Below are positions 55,700 to 64,000 of a DNA stretch of 64,000 nucleotides, in pieces. The stretch lies in contig OZ199840.1 of NCBI GenBank assembly GCA_964304625.1, positions 1,132,733 to 1,196,732 of the forward strand. The letters are read 5' to 3'. Positions within the stretch are counted from its first letter, which is position 1. Each line of letters starts with the position of its first letter. The DNA is from Kudoa neothunni. Taxonomy: Eukaryota; Animalia; Cnidaria. Both the position numbers and the translations under genes were made by a program. The notes beneath the pieces were generated by a model. That model ran no database searches, was not told where the DNA came from, and was given only the letters and a program-made list of their open reading frames with translations.

Positions 55700-56480
55700 G
55701 AAATTTACACAATTCTCCTACACTTATTACACATACCACATATCAGAAACTCGGCTAAAAAATAAGTTCAGGTCATGCCCAAAAACCTTATATCATCTAA
55801 CGGACTTGGGTAAAAAAATACCCCCGGGTTTTTTGCTTATAATAAATTGAAAAATTATAAATAATTAAATGGGAAACTTCTGTAAAATTCCATCGACAAA
55901 TTTCCATGAAAATCTGCAATTAATACGCCATCTAATCCTATGTGGAATTCATCATCGATCGCTCGAAAATTTCCGTTGGTATAATATTGAGGTTCTCCTA
56001 TCAGATATCAGATGGACAGAGAAACATCGATTTTGTCAGCTACACCAGATTTTAATAAATAACGAAAGTTTATCCTTGAATTATAACGTTGAATAATGCT
56101 TCCTCGGAGATTTTATTTTAATTATGCGCCAATTTCGATTATGTAGAAAAATGGGCTTATTCGAGCAAACTTTGGACTAATTGGAGCATTCTGGAGGGTG
56201 AATAATAATGAGCGCATTCAGTGAATTTTTTTATGATATCCACTCCCATTGTGGTGAGTTGTATAATAACTTGTTTTTTACAACACTTGACACAAGGTCT
56301 TAGTATTCGTTGAAAATAATCCCCGATGCTTGAGCCGACCCCGATTAAATTATGAAATAGATGTAAATATACTTCGAAATCTATTGATAGAATCTACTAA
56401 AACTTCTCATTTAAATTCAAAATTATTTTTTGAGTAAATTTAATCAAAAAAAAACTTGGGATGTTTTTCATCCCAAGCCT
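55700..56480 (-). mobile_element. Highly degenerate piggyBac-like remnant
   Basis: GGGGT..ACCCC and GGGAT..ATCCC palindromes at ~55806 and ~56456. Minus-strand TMGVDII and CGMCNKC fragments. Confidence 0.35.
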
Positions 56481-58177
56481 CTTAACCCCCCTGCAGGTAC
56501 CGGTACTGACTGGGGTAGTTGAAGACTTCAAATGAATTATTTGGTTTCTACGTTGATGTATTTTTGGTTATTTACTTTGAAAATTTCAAGCTCCTATATT
56601 AAGTGCGTTTCTATCTGAGAATAAAATTTATAATTTATCGGCTTAAGATTTATGCAAAAAATAATACACAGTTTTTCAATTTTCATTTAATATTTGTGTA
56701 TTATTTTCTAGACCTCATTTATTTACGATAAATATGATTTTCTCTCATCAAAATCCTAATTTTTATAATTAAATAAAAAATGCGAACCGTGAAAAGCAAT
56801 ATTTATTTTTGGGTATAATCCCCAATAGATTAACGATAATTAATCCGATTAATTATTCTATTTGTTTTCGCTTTCGCATATCGGATCGGAGTAACAATAT
56901 TTTTATACATTTTATATTTTTTATGGGTTTTAATATGGGTCCTATAACAATTAAAAGATTTAGAAAACCCTTTAATTGCTGGTATAAGAATCGTAATCAA
57001 AGCCAATTAATGCACGATAAACAACACAGCGGTATGACGGCACCGCCTTTTGAGCTATGTTTCGCAGGTTTAAAACCTCGTCCGCGACCACTCATTACAT
57101 GTATCTGAAAATAAATACAATAATGATATATTATATGCTTTATTGTTTCATAGAATATCGATTCACTTGATGATAACACTAATCCTGAATTTTATTAATC
57201 ACCGACTATTACCGAGGAAGTGTCTTTCAACGTTGGCCCTTGCCCCACCGGTGGTGGGGTGTATAGGGCGTGGAAATTTTTTTAACGATTATTGGACCGC
57301 TTCTGTGGGACGTGGACAATATTGAGTGTTGTTGTAACATGATAATGGTGGGATAATTGGACATTGTGGTGTTCTTTTAAGTCAATGTCGCTTATTTTTA
57401 TATGACGATTATCATCTTAAAAACACCAAAACCAATGCCTGATTATATAAGAACTAATAATAGTATTTAACGTGTTCTCTACCCGAATATAATCTGAATA
57501 GTTTGATCTTATTATTTTCTTATTTAGAATCGTTTAAACCTTTTTTTGACTAAACATGGTGCAATGTTGATTAATTTTGTATTTATACTCTTTATTTTCC
57601 GTTTATTAGCCCCGTATACATTAAAATATTTCCTAATGAAGGCTGGATTACCACGAGTTTTATTTGACGCAGTTTTTGACTGAATGAAGACCCAAAAATT
57701 TTTATTTTTAAAGTCCATCAATAAATTAAATTAGATCTAATCGAATACATTTTAATGAAAAAAGTATGTATGTATTAATTTATTTCAAATTTTAATGTGA
57801 TACGGCCTTATTCAATGTTATCAACAGATTAAGTTAAAAAAAATCGATATTTTTGAAAAAAAGGGGCGCGATAGAAAAAAAGTTGGGGGAACATTGGTCT
57901 ACACACTAATGGATGTATCTGGAGTTTACCGCGTGAATGTTCATTCATCGTATTTGATAATGAAAATCAACATTATTGATTTTTTAAGCATTATAAAATA
58001 TACCTTTGTAATTTCAGTTTAACATTATATCAATAATGTTTCTGATAAATAAATTCATGTAAATAACTCCAAAAACAGCAATCTTCTATTTACTTGCTAT
58101 GGAATTGTTAAGCTAGATGTATTGTTTAAAATATATAAAATTGAGATAAGTTGAATAAGCTTAAAGCATATTTCGTC

Positions 58178-58290
58178 CGGGGTCAAGAAATACCCCAATC
58201 AGGCAGTCAGGCACACGCGTTTTGTTTCGGAAGTTAGGTTAGTACAGGGAAGGTTAAAGAATGGAATTTTTTGCTAGCTTAGAGGGTTAA
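58178..58290. mobile_element. piggyBac-type terminal fragments
   Basis: GGGGTCAAGAAATACCCC palindrome followed by ...AAGGTTAA and ...AGAGGGTTAA ends. Confidence 0.45.
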
Positions 58291-58798
58291 ATACAAATTA
58301 TTTGATATCAACATTTTTTCTTAATGTATGACAATTTTTCACTGAATAATGTCGAGTGTTATTATCTATCCTTCCGCTTTGTAATAGTAAGAGTGTACTC
58401 ATTTTCCCACATGGGAGCATGCGCCAGAAATGAATCATTGTCGGCCAACGACAAAATTCTATGCGACATCGTGACCCCAAGGATATTTGACTGATCATTG
58501 TGAGGGCTTAATAAGAAAAACCTGCTGCTAACTTCAAAACTTCTTCGTGCGTGCGCATACACAATTTAATAAAATAATTGAATATATCAATATAAATTGT
58601 AAAGTCAATGAAGCTAAAAAATTATAATATTAATCGATTCAACGATAATTATAATAATGATAATAACTATCGAATAATATACATGTAATACACAATGTGG
58701 GAATTTTAACATTATCCCTGTTTATTTTTTCCAACCAAAAAGTTTCTATTAACGATAAAAGTTTTGACTTATATTTGAAAAAGATAATATCAGAAGTT

Positions 58799-58822
58799 TA
58801 TATATATATATATATATATATA
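58799..58822. repeat. (TA)n microsatellite
   Basis: Direct reading of the sequence. Confidence 0.9.
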
Positions 58823-59606
58823 GTAATTAATGGATAAATGGTCAGAGTATTGGAAATACTCTAGCATAACGTTTAATAAAGGCTTATATGAATGTGACAA
58901 ATGAGAAAATAAGAATAAAATTAACTACCCGATGAATTCAACGTTATATTCTAATACCACGTTAGTTATATTGTTGGTAAAAAATAGCGACATTTTTTAA
59001 TTGTAAATCCTTTGGCCGCTTTAATGATCTACATCGTATTTGTCGTTATTGGAATCAAAAATTTTTCTTAGTACCGAGAGATAAATAAAAAATTATTTCA
59101 TTAACTGATTCATCGTAATAGTATGACAAGCACAACAAACGAATGTAAATCTGTTTTATCCTTCTAATGACCATTATTATCGGCAAATACGATTAGAAAG
59201 ATCAAGTAAAGCGTATTATTGGTGCAAATATTCAATATAGTCCTCTCATTTTGACAAATAATGCCTTACTGGTATAATAAAGGAAATATTTTCTCAATTA
59301 AAAACCAACATACATAGTATAATTATAGGAGTGGATTTGAAATTATAATAAAAACAACATATTTATACTATAACGATGAGAATCTCATCCCATTAGAAAC
59401 TGAAATTACTTATCATGTGGAGTTGTTTTTAGGTCATACGTCAGTAAATTCATTTTTTTTAAAGCTAGTTGTTGGGATTATGACAACATTCAAGCATCAT
59501 GCATTCAGAAAATAAAATAAACGGTTTATCTATAGATTTGTGAGGTTAGCGGAGTTTATCGTAAATAGTGAGACCGAGTTGATAAGACTATCGTTTATAT
59601 CGGAAA

Positions 59607-61351
59607 ATGACTCAACCAAAGGATGAAGCATTGATAGAAGAATCCAAAAATCTGAGGAGACAAATCCAAGTATCATTATAGATTTATTAAAGGAATAAAA
59701 TTTGTGTAATGTTGATCGAAAATAAAACTCTTACTAATGTGAGACGATTGAGAGATGTGCAAGTTTTAGCGATTAAATGTGGATTACTTGTGAAAGTAAA
59801 TGACCCTGAAATGTAAAAATAGAATTTTAATATAAATAACTGTTTTCTAATCAAATAACTTAAAGTGTATAAGGAAGGAATAGTTTTTACGATGTGTGGA
59901 AATATTATTAAAAATCACTCTTAGAACCTACCATTGTGTTATATAAAAATAAACAATTCTGTTTATAGGATGCAAAATGTAAAGCCAATGATGCCAATCT
60001 TAAAGAGGTAAATCCTACCAAAACCATTTGTTCCAGTTATTATATTGAAACATATAGAAAGCCAGCGGTATAGCCCCAGTAGACAAGTTGGCTGTGAAAT
60101 TGAGAAAGCAACTTCGTGGTCATATGTCCAAAATTAATGCTATTGATTGGTTGAATCAAGAAAATTCAGCGTATAATTTATTTTAATCTATAATGTATAA
60201 TTTTCGAACACATGCTTATTGAACGTTTATATGTAGGTATTTATTGAGTGCTTCACAAGATGGTTATCTAATGGTATGGAATACACTTTCCACCAACAAG
60301 GTAAATTATAACAACAACAACAACAACAACAACTTTTGTTGATCCAAATTTTTGATGCGGATATGCTTTATTTGATAGGTTGCTGCTATTCCATTGAGGT
60401 GCAGTTGGGTGATGGCTTGTGCTTATGCTCCCAGTGGCAATTTGGTAGCTTCTGGTGGCTTGGACGATGTATGCTCTATATTTAGTCTAAAAACCGAATC
60501 TGGCACTCCTGCTTTCAAAAAAGAACTCCTGGGTCATACTGGTAATTGATTATAACGTAATTTTCAACAATCGAGCTCTCATTCCATCTAGCCTATATAT
60601 CGTGTTGTAAGTTTGTGGAAGATAACAAAATTTTAACTTCTTCCGGAGATAAAACATGGTATTTATTTTGCGTCTTTTGACAGTTCCGACCGAATTTGTT
60701 AATAAAAACTTGTAGTATTTTATGGGATATTGAAAGTGGGACGGCTGCCACCACATTTGAAGGTCATCATGGAGGAGTTATGTCGCTTTCATTGAAACCA
60801 GGCTGTACAAATATATTCGCCACAGCAGCTTGCGATAAATTCACAAAAGTATAACTTTCACAAACACTATCTACGAATATTCTCATTTTTGAATAGGTAT
60901 GGGATGCGAGAACAAAGTCTTGTGTACAAACGTTCGAGGGTCACACCAAAGATGTCAACGCCGTCAATGTAATCACTATTACTTGTAAATGTTATATTAA
61001 AGTTTCGAACTAATTTAGTTCTTCCCTAATGGAATGGCTGTCGGTACTGCTTCCGAAGATGGAACTTCACGTCTGTTTGATCTTCGTTCCGACCAAGAAA
61101 TTATGATCTTTGACTCCAATTTGGTAAATAATGGATCGGAGTTTTTGACCAGTGTCGCATTCTCTAGAAGTGGAAGACTTGTTTTCTGTGGTCGTTGGGA
61201 CCACTCAGTACAAATTCATGACACACTCAAAGGAGAACCTCTGATGAATATTGCCGCACACGACAGTTTGGTTCAATGTGTAGCAGTGTCTCCAAACGGA
61301 CACGCCCTTGCTTCTGGATCGTGGGATACTTTCATCAAAATTTGGGCCTAA
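59607..61351 (+). CDS. GNB: Heterotrimeric G-protein beta subunit, 9 exons
   Basis: Spliced product: [118 protein letters not shown]. Confidence 0.96.
60310..60333. repeat. (AAC)n microsatellite in a GNB intron
   Basis: Direct reading of the sequence. Confidence 0.9.
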
Positions 61352-64000
61352 TTTTCAGGGCTAAGATGTTGTCCTACTTTTTCAACTGTTTTACTATAAT
61401 CTAAAAACATCAACCATTCATAATACGTTTATTTCTATTTAAGTTGTTTTCGCTGTTTAAAGCTGAGTTTGCCGTGGGATTTGTTTCTCACATTTCACAA
61501 TTAAAGTTATTTTACTTTTGGATACAACTTTTATGGAGTCTATTAAATAGGCTGATTCTATGAATATATTTTTTTCTAATTCACTCCTAAATCAACATTT
61601 TATCTAGTTGGCCCTCGTTCTCTGCCATGAATACACCTTCAAACCATTTCTAATATCGCTATATCGTCCAATGACTTGTATTAATTATTTTTATTAATTA
61701 ATATGTTTCCATAAAAATTGGGGCAATTTTAATTAAGATTTTTTAAGTTGATTTATAAGTTTTCGGTTCATTCTTGCTACACAAATAGAACTCTTCTATC
61801 AATAAAAACAATATATGAACATACTCTCTTCAATAAACTTTATTCGAATGTGGAAATAAATTTCCTACATTAATAAAGTATTAATTTAAGAATTTTAATT
61901 GAAACAATGGATTTTTAATTAATAGTTGTAAAAATCAAACATCATTATTGGAGGGTCTTGTTCCTTTTTCGATAAGCTAATCATAGGTCCTGAGGATTTT
62001 TCACATATTATATTGTAAAGATAATGAAAAAATAATTTAAAAATAAGATGTTAAAGAGAAAATAATATTTGGCATAATATTGAAACTTTATTAAAATCCT
62101 CATTTTCGTTCTTAAGTATTATATAAAAAAGAATTAAACTTCTATTTTTGTTTTTATAATCTACTAGCGTTAAATGCATAGGTTTGACTGGAAACGGAAA
62201 TATTTTCGATTTAAAAATCTCTCAAAAATATTCAAAAAGTATACTTATAGTTCCCAAAATTCATAATAAGAGTTAAACTAAAAAATTTTTAAATTACAAT
62301 ACTTCTAAAAATTGTGATTGGCCAAATAAACGTTAAAGCCATTTTGGGAAGATCACAAAAATACCTTCAAACTTGCGAATGAGATGTAAACAATATGAGA
62401 GGAATAAAACATGAAGGTGTATGATTGAAATACTAGTTATACACATTTTTTAAGATAAAATAATGAATCATGATATACAATATTAAATATGAAATAATGA
62501 AAAAATTTGTATTTTATGAACCCCAGAAGCTCATTGTTGTCCATTTTTATACTAATAATATCAATAGAATAATAATTATAAGAAGTCAGAAAAATAATAT
62601 GGCCCATACCGTTTATTTCAATAACAATCGTATTATAAAGGTGATATATTTAAAAATAAATTTAACCTAATAAATAAGCAAAAATAGATTGCAAACTATC
62701 GTAAATATTATCAAAATAATCACCGAAAATTTATAATGAAAACGTTAATAGTTTAACCCCTTTCATCAGACAATGATTATTAATTCCAATTATATCTTGA
62801 AATAAAACCTCTAAGCTTATTATATTTGATTCTAATGTTGAATAGAATACGATCCTATACAACATTCAATTTAGATTAACTGATGTTGGGTTCGTGAAGA
62901 TTAAAAAGCTTTGAATGAGGTTTGAGTATTGCTTTTTTTGGCCTTAAAACATTCTGAAATTGCGAACTGTCTTATTTTTAAGACTATTTTTATTGAAAAA
63001 CAATTTTATCCCAATATTTTACATAATTAATACTCATCAGCAACCCTCAATTTACTCTCATGGATTAAATAGCTAATTTTTGTAGTCAAACAATTTTCTT
63101 TTATTTTGAAATAAATAAATAAATATGTTTCTCTATAAGCATAAATTAGATTAAGAAATTTATTAATATTATAGTTTGAATGCATCAAAAACGTTTTAAC
63201 TATTAATTTTCATGATCTAATTGTATGGGATTTCTTGTTTATAATTATATTACTAGTTTACAACTATTTTATAACGCACATCAATATTATGATAAATTTG
63301 TTCGAATAACCTTCCATTCAATTTATATCATGAAATTCCCAGTATTAATTAAAATGAGACTTTATAATTTTTTATATTTCAATTATTTATTTGATGATTA
63401 TTTGCCAACTAATATATTAAGTTCTATCACTATCACATTTAAAGTTAAAATTTCAGATTAAACCATAAATTTTAGGCCGTAAAGTTCCTCTGATAAATCA
63501 ATACAAGTATTGTTCAGACGCAAGAATTAGTGTAGAAGAATATACTCACGCTACAAAATATATTAATTCCATATATAAAATATAGAATATACTAATTTCA
63601 TCCTTTTCCCATGCTAAATCGTAATAATTATATCAACGTACGCGCGAAACAATAGCGATTAAAAAAATTTCATAGATGGAAAAATATATTTTTTTCTATT
63701 CTGGGGTTACAAATAATATAAATTATACTTAAACATATATTGATATCATTAATTAACTATCCAACTGTGATAACTAAACTTTATTAAATTTAATTACAGT
63801 AGATCACATTATCCATTCTAATAAACACAAATTCCTTTTATTCTATCTATTTATAGGGAATGATTCTGTCATCTGAAAATTAAACGTTTTCAATGACCTT
63901 TTGGGAATTTATTTCCAATAAATTAGGATCAGTTTCAAAATAAAGACCAATAACCCAATGTGTGTTGTTCAAATCATCTTATAAGACATAATTTAAAGAA

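Noticed and set aside
56997-57100. Histone H2A/H4 start (MSGRGRG...)
   Set aside because: No histone fold follows, and the frame closes after about 30 codons.
57880-57905. hAT element ending TTGGGGAACATTG|GTCTACAC
   Set aside because: No matching left terminus or TSD was found, so it is at most a solo end.
417-63461. Many short ORF-track entries (for example 417-680, 5880-6131, 12804-13154, 29644-29920, 33699-33971, 62470-62670, 63225-63461)
   Set aside because: These are antisense shadows of real exons, TIR sequence or low-complexity AT-rich frames with no motifs.
1-64000. Alternative genetic code or stop-codon readthrough to explain the fragmented ORFs
   Set aside because: PNP, ALG3 and GNB assemble fully with GT-AG introns under the standard code, as do the other gene segments checked.
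1-64000. CRISPR array, prokaryotic operon or defence system
   Set aside because: No regularly spaced direct repeats were seen, the genes are intron-rich and eukaryotic, and the IS1595/IS630-like proteins belong to the eukaryotic Merlin and Tc1 families.

Overview
An AT-rich eukaryotic nuclear window, not prokaryotic. Genes are divergent and animal-type, split by many very short GT-AG introns (about 27-70 nt, a few longer), so the ORF track shows only fragments. This compact architecture resembles a reduced animal parasite such as a myxozoan cnidarian; that is an inference, not verified. Host genes assembled by eye: MIOS (GATOR2, 3'-truncated at the window edge), purine nucleoside phosphorylase, two tandem LCAT/PLA2G15-like acyltransferases, an unknown multi-pass membrane protein, ALG3, a long coiled-coil protein, an ADAM-like gene largely missed by the ORF track, and a G-protein beta subunit. 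There is also one solitary, intact-looking 5S rRNA gene. Intergenic space is filled with DNA transposons, often nested: piggyBac, Merlin/IS1595, Tc1/IS630, hAT-Buster and pogo/Tigger MITEs. Most notable are (1) an ADAM/reprolysin-disintegrin gene that has lost its zinc-binding motif and apparently its transmembrane anchor, and (2) a 4.3-kb Merlin element with ~175-bp TIRs and a perfect 8-bp TSD that carries a second Merlin-derived element inside it. I could not establish a wholly new biological system from the sequence alone.
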